From Eledone cirrhosa (taxonomy: Eukaryota): a stretch of DNA of 64,000 nt. The translations under genes and the position numbers were made by a program. Every line of letters starts with the position of its first letter. The stretch's first letter is position 1. Location: positions 20,894,001 through 20,958,000 of the forward strand of contig OZ024753.1 in NCBI GenBank assembly GCA_964016885.1, given 5' to 3'. The notes beneath the pieces were generated by a model. That model had not been told where the DNA came from, did no database searches, and saw only the letters and a program-made list of their open reading frames with translations. This document shows, piece by piece, positions 12,701-25,854 of the stretch.

Positions 12701-13056
12701 CAATGCAGTGGCGGAAGCAAGTGAAACCCTGGTGCAGAGGAAAAAGAACAAAAGGAAGCACGTCAGCTCTGCAAACCCAAAAGTGTGTGCAGCCAGAGAA
12801 CACCTGAAAGCTGCCAAGGACCAATTCTATGCTGATCCTATGGAGGAGAGGATGGAGACTGTGGAGGTGACTGCACCGCTTACACTGAGGTCAGAGAGGA
12901 GGCACTGATAGAGAAGATGAGAAGTGTGGAGAGAGCGGTTGACAGATCTGGATCCGGATGTAAGGATCAACGAGATCACAGGGAGGAAGAGAAGGTGTTC
13001 GAGTCAGATCCAGGGAACGGGGCCCGAGGATAGGAAGAGGAAATGGCTAGACCATG
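9781..13056 (-). mobile_element. Near full-length RTE LINE family B with 5' inversion (frameshifted)
   Basis: 9781-11340 minus: RT (NYRGISL, FIDFRKAFDSV, GVLQGDTLAPYLF, FADD) to EFYPP*. 11341-13056 plus: 5' UTR and APE domain (GTLNVRT, AIQEHR, DFNAH, QIDFIL, SDH). Confidence 0.9.
11586..12908 (+). pseudogene. RTE AP-endonuclease domain ORF (inverted 5' half)
   Basis: APE motifs listed above; frameshifts near 12870 into KWLDH. Confidence 0.85.
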
Positions 13057-13190
13057 TATATATATATATGTATATATATGTATATATATGTATATATATA
13101 TATGTATGTATATATATATATATATATGTATATATATGTATATATGTATGTATATATATATGTATATATATATATGTATATATATGTATG

Positions 13191-13224
<34 letters not shown>

Positions 13225-13273
13225 TACGATATTAATAAATGGAAAATATATTTATAAAACCATATTTATTTCA

Positions 13274-13327
13274 TTATACATATTTCAGGGATACCAAATT
13301 AAATTATGGTATGCCTTCATCAGACAA
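13274..13327 (-). ncRNA. Minimal type I HHR
   Basis: uug-u CUGAUGA aggcauacca-loop-ugguaucccu GAA auaugu A uaa; helix II covaries with the 29.0/29.2 kb copies; helix I needs one extra U before C3. Confidence 0.65.
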
Positions 13328-14699
13328 AATACAATATATAACAGTTTTACAAATAAGCTTTGACGTACCCTTTTAAAATGCGACCATTATTTTTGGAAGC
13401 CATCTGGATAGTGAATTGTTTATATTATTTTAATAAGTCTTAGTGTTAAGGACAATTAGAAAAAGACGGAGAGAGAGAAAAAAGAAAAAGAAAAAACGTG
13501 GAGAAATATCGGAGAGAGAGAAATGCTTGGAGAAAAAAGAAAGAGATAAATAAAGACAGGAGGAAAGAAAGAAAAAAGAAAAAAGAAAAAAGGAAGAAAT
13601 AAGAAAAACAGAGGAAAGCAACAGAGAGATATCAAATCATCAGACAGATAGAAATACTCAAGAGAGAGAAATAATATATAGAGAGAGGGGGAGATAATGA
13701 AAACTTTACGTCATGTCATATTAAGTTGAGTTAACAATTTATATGAAATGAATAATAAAAATATAAATATTAATATTCATGAATGGGACATAAATATATA
13801 ATATGAGAAATTAAACATTGTTTAATAATGATTATATGTTTAGTTTAAAAATTGAGATCGATATACTAAAATTTGAATTTAGCATCCAAAATGTACACAT
13901 TGCTAGAGAAACCACTATCTTACGGCAAAGATACACAAATATATATATATATATACGCACATCCTGAAAATAGAAATTATATCTACTCAAGCCTACAATA
14001 TAGACATACAAAACACAACTGATTTCTCTTAATCACTGCTATACATTCCTTGTGTTATAAAAAGTTCACAGTATATATACATAAATATATACGATTAACA
14101 TTCATGCTTTCATATATACGATTACCATTCATGCATTTAACATTCTGTTAAAATTATGCATATCTGCAATCAAAACTGCGTGGGTAGGCATGCACACACA
14201 TAACTCTCACCCACACACATACATATACATATATATATATACACATACTCATATGTATAAATAAATGTTTGCGTGCGTTTTCACCAATTGTTAGACCCGC
14301 ATCACTCATGTACACATACAGACAGATATACAATCATAAAAAAACATATAACACTTTTATATGCATGTTAATACACATACATATTTGTATAGAGATAATC
14401 AAATGTCAATATATTACTAAAGGATTATACTTTGGAAATATAATTATAAAAATATAAATTTAAAATACCAAAGGATTATATTTTGGAAATACAATTATAT
14501 CAGTATAGTCTAAAAGACAAACGAATTCTAGAAATATCAAAACATTAAATATCCCTAAAACACTATAGAGTATCTTAAGTTGAAATAATATGTCTCATAT
14601 ATTTAGTATAGAAATTTATCCTACGTATATTTCAATCAAGATTTTGAAAGGGTAGACTTATGAAAATTATGAGAAGCTATCAGAATCAAAACAAACCTA

Positions 14700-14767
14700 A
14701 TAAAAATAAATAAAAATAAAAATAAAAATAAAAATAAAAATAAAAATAAAAATAAAAATAAAAATAA
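14700..14767. repeat. (AAAAAT)n minisatellite
   Basis: Direct reading. Confidence 0.9.
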
Positions 14768-14920
14768 TACTTGCGGAGTGCTTTATATCAGTTATAAAAA
14801 TATTTACTTGTTGTATCCCAACAATTTTAAAAAGAACTTTTGCATATATATATATATATGTATGTATATGTATGTATATATATATATATGTATATATATA
14901 TGTATGTATATATATATATG

Positions 14921-15098
<178 letters not shown>

Positions 15099-15111
15099 CA
15101 TATACATATAG

Positions 15112-15666
15112 CTGTATAAAAAAGTGCAGGGCAATAAAGATAGACGGTAGCCACGGAGTAGGCAGACCCAGAAAAACCTGGGACGAGCTGATAAATTCCG
15201 ACCTCACACACTTACACCTCTCCAAGACAATGTCACTGGACCGAGACCTTTGGCGGTACTCAGTAATAGAGAAGACCCGCCTTACCTAAATACAAAGTAA
15301 AACCTACTACAGTCGGTAGGCATCTCTAACAAAATAACCCCCGTCCCACCACTTCATCCACACCACCCCTTTCAATGTAAAGTTATGTTGGTGCCACAAC
15401 ATCCAGGCCGAAACAAATTAGATAGTGTAGGTGTCACAACAAAAAAAACACACAGTCCACGCTGTAATGTGGCCATGTATGCAACATGGTAAAAACCTCC
15501 CAGCCCCACACTGTAAATGTGGTTGGTGTTAGGAAGGGCATCCAGCTGTAGAAAACCCGCCAGATAGTCCTATGCGAGCAATGACAACCACTCTTGCCTC
15601 AAGTGGGAAAACTCCCGTCCAAACCCATGCAAGCGTGGAACATGGACGTTAAATGATGATGATGAT
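15112..15666 (+). mobile_element. RTE family A 3' end
   Basis: KCRAIKIDG...KTRLT* plus 3' UTR and (GAT)n. Confidence 0.9.
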
Positions 15667-15864
15667 GGTATATGTATATATATATGTATATATATGTATA
15701 TATATGTATGTATATATATATGTATGTATATATATATGTATATATATGTATGTATATATATATATGTATATATATGTATGTATATATATATGTATATATA
15801 CGTATGTATATATATATGTATATATATGTATGTATATATATATGTATATATATGTATGTATATA

Positions 15865-16772
15865 AAAAACCACCAGTGTATGGAATCTATAACCTATGAA
15901 AGGCAGACTATAGACACGATAATTAAAAATATAAATTAAAGCGTAAATAAATACCTTTATAACTATATAACACACGTACAAATCCAAAGATATGTTTCAC
16001 GCTTTAATTTATATTTTTTAATTATCGTGTCTATAGTCTGCCTTTCATAGGTGATAGATTCCATACACTGGTGGTTTTTTTACCTGTATTATTGATAACG
16101 CACTATATATCTCTCTCTGGTGTGTTACCTTCTCAACATATTATATTTTAAAAGGCTCAGGATCTCTTCTCCTTTGAGCACATTATTTACAGGGAATAAC
16201 TACGGCCTATGCCTCCGTTAATTTATCGTGATATTTCGCTCCTAATAACAGTCTTTCCCAACTCTGTTTGGTTGAGCACACTTCTCTGAGTGGCTTTGGG
16301 CTGCCCTTTCTAGCAGTTCGTCTCTCAGAGGCCACTGGTTCACTGCCCCTAAACACGCTGTGACTTCTCTCTCCCACGTGTAGCTGGACAGTCAATTGTA
16401 AAATTCTCTTAGTGTTGTCTGAAATGTATGCCCTTACACACGCTGATGAACCGAGACTAAACCATTTGTTTCAACAAATTTTTTGGTGAAACATATCTTT
16501 GGATTTGTACGTGTGTTATATAGTTATAAAGGTATTTATTTACGCTTTAATTTATATTTTTAATTATCGTGTCTATAGTCTGCCTTTCATAGGTTATAGA
16601 TTCAATACACTGGTGGGTTTTTTCCCTGTATTATTGATAACGCACTATATATCTCTCTCTGGTGTGTTACCTTCTCAACATATTATATTTTAAAGGGCTC
16701 AGGATCTCTTCTCCTTTGAGCACATTATTTACAGGGAATAACGACGGCCTATGCCTCCGTTAATTTATCGTG

Positions 16773-16776
<4 letters not shown>
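15865..16776 (+). mobile_element. ORF-less HHR element: inverted fragment plus ~1.4 tandem copies of a ~542-nt unit
   Basis: 15999-16234 repeats at 16542-16776; 15865-16000 is the reverse complement of 16486-16622; TA flanks. Confidence 0.8.
16436..16516 (+). ncRNA. Canonical type I HHR with full helix III
   Basis: acacacg CUGAUGA accgaga...uuuuggu GAA acauauc-uuug-gauuugu A cgugugu: helix I 7 bp, II 7 bp, III 6 of 7 bp; GUA cleavage after 16509. Confidence 0.9.
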
Positions 16777-16805
<29 letters not shown>

Positions 16806-16839
16806 TAACTATATATATGTATGTATATATATATGTATG

Positions 16840-16873
<34 letters not shown>

Positions 16874-16890
16874 TGTATATATATGTATAT

Positions 16891-18110
16891 AAGATGTAGT
16901 GGGATCACAGGTAAGCTAACTATGAACATAGATTTTACATGTGGCTGGTGTTCTGGTGCAATAAGTAGCAGCAAGTTCCCACAAAATACTAGCTCTTTCA
17001 ATTGCGCAGAGGGTTCTATAGAAATAGTGGACAGCTTCCGTTACCTGGGTGACAAAATCAGCAGTGGGGGAGGGTGCTCTGAAAGTACAGTAGCTAGAGT
17101 CAGAACTGGATGGAAAAAGTTCAGAGAGCTTATACCACTATTAGCCGCTAAAGGGTTCTCCCTAAAAATGAAAGGCAGGTTATATGATGCCTACATACGA
17201 ACAGCAATGCTGCATGGCAGTGAGACCTGGGCATTGTGTGCAGAGGATATACGCAGACTAGAGAGGAACGAAGCTTGCATGCTCCGCTGGATGTGTAATA
17301 GTAATATACGTGAACGGCTAAGCATAAACGAACTAAGGAAAAAAATTAGAAATAAGAGGGATCAGATGTTGTTTACTCGAGAGAAGGCTACGTTGGTATG
17401 GTCACGTAATGCGCATGAAAGACGACAGCTGTATAACAAAGTGCAGGGCAATAAAGATAGACGGTTGTCACGGAGTAGGCAGACCAAGAAAAACCGGGGA
17501 CGACATGATAAATTCCGACCTCACACGCTTACACCTCTCCAAGACAATGTCACTGGACCGAGACCTTTGGCGGTACTCAGTAATAGAGGAGACCCACCTT
17601 ACCTAAATACAAAGTAAAACCTACTACAGTAAGTAGGCATCTCTAACAAAACAGACCCCCGTCCCACCACCCCCACCCCATCCACACCGCCCCTTTCAAT
17701 GTAAAGTTATGTTGGTGCCACAACATCCAGGCCGAAACAAATGAGATCGTGTAGGTGTCACGACAAAAAACGCACAGTCCACGCTGTAATGTGGCCGTGT
17801 AGGCAACACGGTAAAAACCTCCCAGCCCCACACTGTAAATGTGGTTGGTGTTAGGAAGGGCATCCAGCTGTAGAAAACCCGCCAGACAATCCACGCTGTA
17901 ATGTGGCCGTGTAGGCAACACGGTAAAAACCTCCCAGCCCCACACTGTAAATATGGTTGGTGTTAGGAAGGGCATCCAGCTGTAGAAAACCTGCCAGACA
18001 GTCCTATGCGAGCAAGACAATCACTCTTGCCTCAAGTGGAAAAACCCCAGTCCAAACCCATGCAAGCGTGGAACACGGACGTTAAACGTTGATGATGATG
18101 ATGATGATGA
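16891..18110 (+). mobile_element. RTE family A 3' third (frameshifted; ~110-bp tandem duplication in the 3' UTR)
   Basis: Matches 8100-9210; extra A near 17341; 17778-17887 repeated at 17890-17999. Confidence 0.9.
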
Positions 18111-18142
18111 TTTATATATATATATATGTATATATATATATG

Positions 18143-18297
<155 letters not shown>

Positions 18298-18299
18298 GT

Positions 18300-18349
<50 letters not shown>

Positions 18350-18432
18350 GTATATATATATATGTATATATATGTATATATATATATGTATATATATATA
18401 TATGTATATATATTTATATATATGTATGTATA

Positions 18433-18475
<43 letters not shown>

Positions 18476-18517
18476 TTATATATATGTATGTATATATATA
18501 TATATATGTATATATGT

Positions 18518-19122
18518 CAGGTCACGACTTAGTGCTACTGGTAACATGTATTCCAGTACAACCTGTCCCATGGTCGGGTCGTTGGCGACTAAACTGGCAA
18601 CCCCACTAAGGTTTCTTGGTGAGGAGGGTGACTTTGGACATCCTGCAGGACTAAAAACAAAACCTGTCAAAAGGCAAAGGAGCTCTTAAGAGTCAATGGC
18701 CATCCAAAATCACCGGGAGAGATGACCCCTTAGCCTTTGTCAAGGCATAATTCTAGGAGAAGGAAACTCTGATATAACACCTGCAACCCTGATGGTATCC
18801 AATGATGTTGACGTGTTCTTCTTTTTGGTAAATATCATCTTGGTTAAGAGAGTGGGACTGGCTTTGTGCAGTGCCTTTGCTCACTATAAAAGCTTCATGG
18901 CACAGGCATTCTTTTATATCTGGAGATCTCTCTGCACTTGGCGTTACATGGTACCATGGGCCCAGCACTATGTGTCAATAATTGACACAAGGGTAGTGTT
19001 TGTACCAGAGTTTTCAAGTCGCTGGCTGGACTAAAAAGTCACACTGGTTCAGCGCATTGGTAGGAGTTCTCCTACATGGATATAAAGTAGTGGCCGTACT
19101 GGAAAACGAGTTGGCAGCCACC
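18518..19122 (+). mobile_element. Non-coding element X, longest copy (RTE 5'-UTR-like head)
   Basis: Contains GGCGACTAA and CTAGGAGAAGGAAACTCTGA motifs (the latter also at ~1426); TA flanks; no ORF. Confidence 0.55.
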
Positions 19123-19189
19123 ATATATATGTATGAATATATATATATATATATATATACATATATATGGCAGCCACCATATATATGTA

Positions 19190-19244
<55 letters not shown>

Positions 19245-19585
19245 TTACATATATATATGGTGGCTGCCAACTCGTTTTCCAGTACGGCCACTACTTTATA
19301 TCCATGTAGGAGAACTCCTACCAATGCGCTGAACGAGTGTGACTTTTTAGTCCAGCCAGCGACTTGAAAACTCTGGTACAAACACTACCCTTGTGACAAT
19401 TATTGACACATAGTGCTGGGCCCATGGTCGTGGAGGTGCCACGGCAAAAAAGCACCCAGCACTCACTGTAAATGGGGTTGGTGTTAGGAAGGGCATCCAG
19501 CTGTAGAAATCAAGTCAGAATCAGTTCCCGTCCCACCCTTGCAAGCACGGAAACGTGGACGTAAAATGAAATGATGAAAATGATG

Positions 19586-19621
<36 letters not shown>

Positions 19622-19656
19622 GTATGTATGTATATGTATATATATATATATGTATG

Positions 19657-19704
<48 letters not shown>

Positions 19705-19863
19705 CATATATATATGTTTATATATGTATGTATATATGTATATATATATATGTATATATATGTATGTATATATGTATATATATATATGTATATATATGTA
19801 TGTATATATGTACATATATATATATGTATATATATGTATGTATATATATGTATATATATGTAT

Positions 19864-20558
19864 GAACGGAAAAATGAAACAAAATTTCATTTCCTACTCT
19901 TAGTACGGCTATTACTTAAATATAAGTATGTACACGTACATACATATATGTATACAGACGTACAGTAGTATGTATATATATATACATACTTGCACACATA
20001 TATATATGTACGTATGGATTCACCGAACATTTATTATAATGCTCGGAGTGTTTGTAAACAATCATCCCGTATTAAGCCATAGTGTCCAGCAACCATCGTT
20101 GCTCGTTTGTTCAACACTGACAAAGGAACACTGTACTAGTTTCAAGCTTATTAACTATCGTCAGCAACGTATACCTTCCTGCCAGATCGTTGAACGTATA
20201 TACTAACCTTATGCATATTAATGGCTGAGTAGCCCAATTTGCATATCGAGTGGGTTAATCGGCTGGGTGCACCGAAAACGATAAACGGAAGAAATGAAAC
20301 GAAATTTCATTTCCCACTCTTAGTACGGCTGTTACTTAAATATAAGTATGTACACGTACATACATATATGTATACAGACGTACAGTAGTATGTATATATA
20401 TATACATACATGCACACATATATATATGGATGGATTCACCGAACATTTATTATAATGCTCGGTGTGTTTGTAAACAAACATCCCGTATTAAGCCATAGTG
20501 TCCAGCAACCATCGTTGCTCGTTTGTTCAACACTGACAAAGGAATGCTGTACTAGTTT
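19864..20558 (-). mobile_element. Retrozyme-like tandem HHR repeat, ~420-nt monomer (1.65 units)
   Basis: 19891 repeats at 20311 (period 420); no ORF; TA flanks; related copies at 55.7 and 59.7 kb. Confidence 0.8.
20129..20169 (-). ncRNA. Minimal type I HHR with palindromic helix III
   Basis: cguug CUGACGA uaguuaauaagcuu GAA ACUAGU A cagug. Confidence 0.8.
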
Positions 20559-20703
20559 ATGTATATATATGTATGTATATATATATATATGTATATATAT
20601 GTATGTATATATATATATGTATATATATATGTATGTATATGTATATATATATATATGTATGTATATGTATATATGTATGTATATGTATATATATATATGT
20701 ATG

Positions 20704-20741
<38 letters not shown>

Positions 20742-20974
20742 CATATGTATATATATATATATGTATACATGTATGTATATGTATATATATATATATGTGT
20801 ATGTATATGTATATATATATATATATGTATGTATATGTATATATATATATATATGTATATATATGTATGTATATATATATATATATATGTATATATATGT
20901 ATGTATATATGTATATATATGTATGTATATATATATATATATGTATGTATGTATATATGTATATATATATATGT

Positions 20975-21005
<31 letters not shown>

Positions 21006-21049
21006 TCTATATATGTATATGTATGTATGTAAATATGTATATATATATA

Positions 21050-21836
21050 TTTTCTCTTTCTCTTAATTTCGAGTTTTTTTTTTTTTGACCGGCCACCTTC
21101 CTGGTAGCAAGGTTGTAAAAGAAAAGAAATTGTCGTCCCTTGAATCGCAAGAATTTTTTTGAAATTTTGAAGGTGCCAGCTATCGCAGCCATTTGTAGAC
21201 TATGAATTAGGGAGCCGCGCTTTTTGTCCGCAAATCCAAGTTCAGTCATACTTTGGTCCAAGCGGGTTGGTATATAACCCGTAGCACCAATAATGATGGG
21301 TATGAAGCTAAAGGTGTATCTTGGATACTGGATTTGTAAACTCCTCATCAATGGTCCGTAGATGTCCTCCTTCTCCTGTATTTTTCTGACAACGTTTACA
21401 CAAGTGGGCAGCTGATCTCCACAACAGAACACGTTTTCAATGTGTGGTCCCAAACAACAATATCAGGCCGGTTGTGCTTTAATTTGGTGGCAGTTTTTAT
21501 TTTCAGGTTCCACCAGTATTCCCTAGTGCCATCTGTCTCAATATATTCTTCCTCGTTTGTTGTTAATTTTGTTTTCCGAAGTGCGTTCCAGATGGTTCTA
21601 GCTATTCCATCGTGTCTCATGGGGAGGTAGTAGCGAGATGACATTCTTTCGCAGCTGGCAACAATGTGGCTTACATCCTCGATCTTTGTTTTACATAGCC
21701 TACATTTATTGTCAGCTGCTGGCCCTCCTCTTTTGTGCAGCAGATATTTGGTAGGGAGTTCTTGTTCCTGTATTGCATAGAGATATCCCTCAAGGTGTGA
21801 TGTCATAAACTTGTCGGAACTCCATGCCAGGCTTTT
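21050..21836 (-). mobile_element. R4/Dong-clade non-LTR 3' end (restriction-like endonuclease)
   Basis: AIQEQEL, CRLC...SHIVASC zinc knuckle, RHD, NRPDIVV..E motif; one frameshift; inserted in TA. Confidence 0.85.
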
Positions 21837-22087
21837 GTATGTATATATATATGTATGCATATATATATATATGTATGTATATATATATATATATGTATGC
21901 ATATATATATGTATATGTATGTATATATATATAATAGTATGTATATATGTATATATGTATATGTATGTATATATATATATATGTATGTATATATGTATAT
22001 ATATATATGTATGTATATATGTATATATATATATATGTATGTATATATGTATGTATATATGTATGTATATATGTATGTATATATGTA

Positions 22088-22121
<34 letters not shown>

Positions 22122-22203
22122 TGTATATATGTATAAATATGTATGTATATATATGTATGTATATATGTATAAATATGTATATATATATGTATATATATGT
22201 ATG

Positions 22204-22250
<47 letters not shown>

Positions 22251-22315
22251 GTATATATATATATGTATATATGTGTATATATGTATATATATATATATGT
22301 ATATTTGTATATATG

Positions 22316-22346
<31 letters not shown>

Positions 22347-22427
22347 GTGTATATATATATGTATATATGTGTATATATGTATATATATATATGTATATGT
22401 GTATATATGTACATATATATATATGTA

Positions 22428-22502
<75 letters not shown>

Positions 22503-22692
22503 TCAGGTTTGAGGTTCACCACTGTATAGAGCTGGTCTATTCCGTATGGTCAATCGTAATGCAATAATATAGAGAGTACTCAACGTAAGGCAGTTCAACC
22601 GTCTTTGTTTTTGTAGTTGGTGGTGCTATTACGGAGTTAAATATTATAATGAAATGACAGTAGGCTGGATTTGTGTAAATCCTTGAAAGGTT

Positions 22693-22750
22693 ATACTATG
22701 ATCATTTCAATGACCGGGTTCCGTATGAATCCGGTGATATCATCAGGTAT
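22693..22750 (-). ncRNA. Minimal type I HHR
   Basis: auac CUGAUGA u-aucaccgg...ccggucau-u GAA AUGAUCAU A guau. Confidence 0.85.
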
Positions 22751-22918
22751 TCGAAATATAATACGTGAATGTAATAGATAAAATCCATGGGGCTGAAAAT
22801 CGAGGACCCGAGGGCGACCGCTATTCTGAGGTTGAAGGAACAGAATAGCGGTCGCCCTCGGGTCCTCGATTTTCAGCCCCATGGATTTTATCTATTACAT
22901 TCACGTATTATATTTCGA

Positions 22919-22975
22919 ATACCTGATGATATCACCGGATTCATACGGAACCCGGTCATTGAAATATCATAGTAT
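22919..22975 (+). ncRNA. Minimal type I HHR (inverted copy, 1-nt loss in helix III)
   Basis: Same fold, GAA auaucau A guau. Confidence 0.75.
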
Positions 22976-23133
22976 AATAAACCTTCCAAGGATTTACACA
23001 AACCAGCCTCCTGTCATTTCATTATATTATATATGTATATATGTATATATATATATGTATGTATATGTATATATGTATATATATATATATATATGTATAT
23101 GTATATATATATATATGTATATATGTATATATG

Positions 23134-23193
<60 letters not shown>

Positions 23194-23327
23194 CATATGT
23201 GTATATGTATATATGTGTATATATATATGTATATATGTATAAATGTGTATATGTATATATGTATATATATATGTATATATGTATGTATATATGTATGTAT
23301 ATATGTATATATATATATGTATATATG

Positions 23328-23368
<41 letters not shown>

Positions 23369-23370
23369 GC

Positions 23371-23448
<78 letters not shown>

Positions 23449-23531
23449 GTATGTATATGTATGTATATATATATGTATGTATATGTATGTATATATGTAT
23501 ATGTATATGTATGTATATATATATATGTATG

Positions 23532-23564
<33 letters not shown>

Positions 23565-23688
23565 GTATATATGTATGTATATATATATAATGTAGGAGGT
23601 GAGTTTTATTGTAGTACAATAAAGCAATGCAGATATCGGATAAGTAGCACTCTACAGTTTGTAGGACTGGAGTATAAATAATATATAC

Positions 23689-25811
23689 ATTGATGCTAAC
23701 GCCAATTACTATAATAACGCACTTTCTAAAGCCGGTTATCCTGATAAAATTAAATATAGTAAAGAAACAAATTCTAGAAGATCTTACAGTAGAATAATTA
23801 ATCATGATCATTCCAATAACTTTAATAAAAGACCTAGATACAAAAACATAATCTGGTATAATGCTCCTTTCTCCATCTCTATTAATAATAATATTCCTAA
23901 ATTATTCTTTAGTGTCTTAAATAAATGCTTCCCTCCCTCACATATCTATAGTAAAATATTTAACAAATAACATTTTCCTATTCGACCTCCTCCAACATCT
24001 CCAACATTATCTCTAAACACAACAATAAAATACTAAATACTAAATCTCTTCCTTCCAACACTGAATATCATAATTATAGTAATAGTACTCCCGACATCAT
24101 TGTAAACTCTAGGCTAATTTCTGCAAACCCAAATACAACGTCAAACGCAACTTCGTTAAATGTTCTTAATCCCAATCTAAATCAAAAAACTATTATTCCT
24201 ATCGTAAATAACTTCTCCAATCCAATTCCTTCTATAGATAACACTAGGTCACTTGTTAATAACTCTGTTAATTTCTCTAATCGCAATTGTAATTGCCCTG
24301 TTAAAAATAAATATCCTCTCAACAACCATTGTCTTGAAGAAAACTTAATCTATGAATGTAATGTTATAACTGATACCAATTCCTTTACCTATTTTGGCTC
24401 CACTTCCACCTCCTTTAAAGCTCGTCTTTATAATCATTATTCGTCTTTTAAATACCAACTTAAAAGAACCAACACGGCACTCTCAGAACTCATATGGTCC
24501 TTGAAAGACAAAAATATTAACTATAACATCTCTTGGAAGAAGGTTTGTTCCGCTTCTCCATACCTGAATGCCTCTCTATCCAAGACATGTAATCTCTGTT
24601 TATGTGAGAAATTTACCATTATATCTAATTTAGATTCTATAATAAATAGACGCACTGACTTGTTTTCTCTCTGCTTGCATAAATTCCACAGAACATTCCA
24701 TAAAGTATACAGCTAATATCTAATACTTTACCAATTTAAAATCCTTTTTCTCAAAGGCACATATATATATATACATATATATTTCTTTAAAAATATACCT
24801 ATCTTTCTACCTTATTTCAATGTTATTTATTATACATTATATAATACTTGTTACTCATTCTATATCACTCCTATTTATCACTTCCCTTTCTTTCTTTTTT
24901 TCCTTTTTACTTTTAATTTCTAACCTCTAATCTGTACCTTTTCTTCCTAGATACTTCTCAATTCTCATTATTACTCACCACAATCCCCCCAACGTTGACT
25001 TTGCCTTTCATCCTTACGGGGTCGATAAAATAAAGTACTGGGAAATTGTTGGCCTTGTGCCTAAAGTAGAAACAATTATTACTCACCACAATATATCCAC
25101 TCTTCCTTCTTCCATCCTATCACTGGCCATAAAATTTAGTATCACCTTGAAAAATACTTCGTAAACATAAACATTTTTTTTACGTTAGATTATTCATCCT
25201 CAATTCATTATTTTTTTCTCCCTTTCATGCTCATCTAACTTCTACATATTACACATATTCATCCACTCTTCTACTTCTTTTCACAATATATGCTTAATTA
25301 CATTACTATTTTTATATTTTTTTAATAATACATATTAACAATTTCTTTTCATCGCACATATTATTAAACCCTTCAATATACAAACCTTAATTTAACATTA
25401 TTCTTAAATTTTTTTCTGCGTTAATTTTCAAATTCTTTTAATTTATATATTATCTTCCAACGATTTTTTAACCTCTCTCTGTAAAACAATATATTTTTCT
25501 CAGTTATAGAAGCTATCTCTCTCTCTCTCTATCACCCATCTCTCCTCCTATCTCATCCTTCCTTATTATACTCCTCCCCCTCCATTCTTTACTCTCATCT
25601 CCTCCTCTTTTTCATCCATTTCAACCACCAACCCCCTGAATTTTTCTTTTTTTTTTCCCAATATCACACATCAATCTAAAACCACTTTTCATATGTTGAT
25701 TTAAAACTGCACTATTCACAAGTGTTTTTTAACCTTCATATGATGTCTCCCGATTTTATCTGACGAAAACGCAAATGTCATCGCATGATATTTGTTTTTG
25801 AAATGCGCATA
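23689..25811 (+). mobile_element. 5'-truncated PLE (Hydra-like GIY-YIG) with 1.1-kb 3' UTR
   Basis: [57 protein letters not shown]; stop at 24716; Meta-type SINE piece at 24990-25080. Confidence 0.88.
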
Positions 25812-25814
25812 ATA
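25757..25814 (+). ncRNA. Type I HHR at the PLE 3' terminus
   Basis: uau CUGACGA aaacgcaaaugucau-cgc-augauauuuguuuuu GAA AUGCGCAU A aua: helix II 14 of 15 bp, palindromic helix III, cleavage after 25811. Confidence 0.88.
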
Positions 25815-25854
25815 TAATACATGGAACTCTTTTAACCATCTTTTGATCTTATAT

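Larger units (their letters stand above)
22502..23025. mobile_element. Head-to-head palindromic HHR element
   Basis: Arms ~22645-22828 and 22841-23025 with a 12-nt spacer; diverged relative at 47880-48435. Confidence 0.8.

Noticed and set aside
22691-22972. Paired ORFs MGLKIEDPR... on both strands
   Set aside because: Consequence of the palindrome; no protein signal
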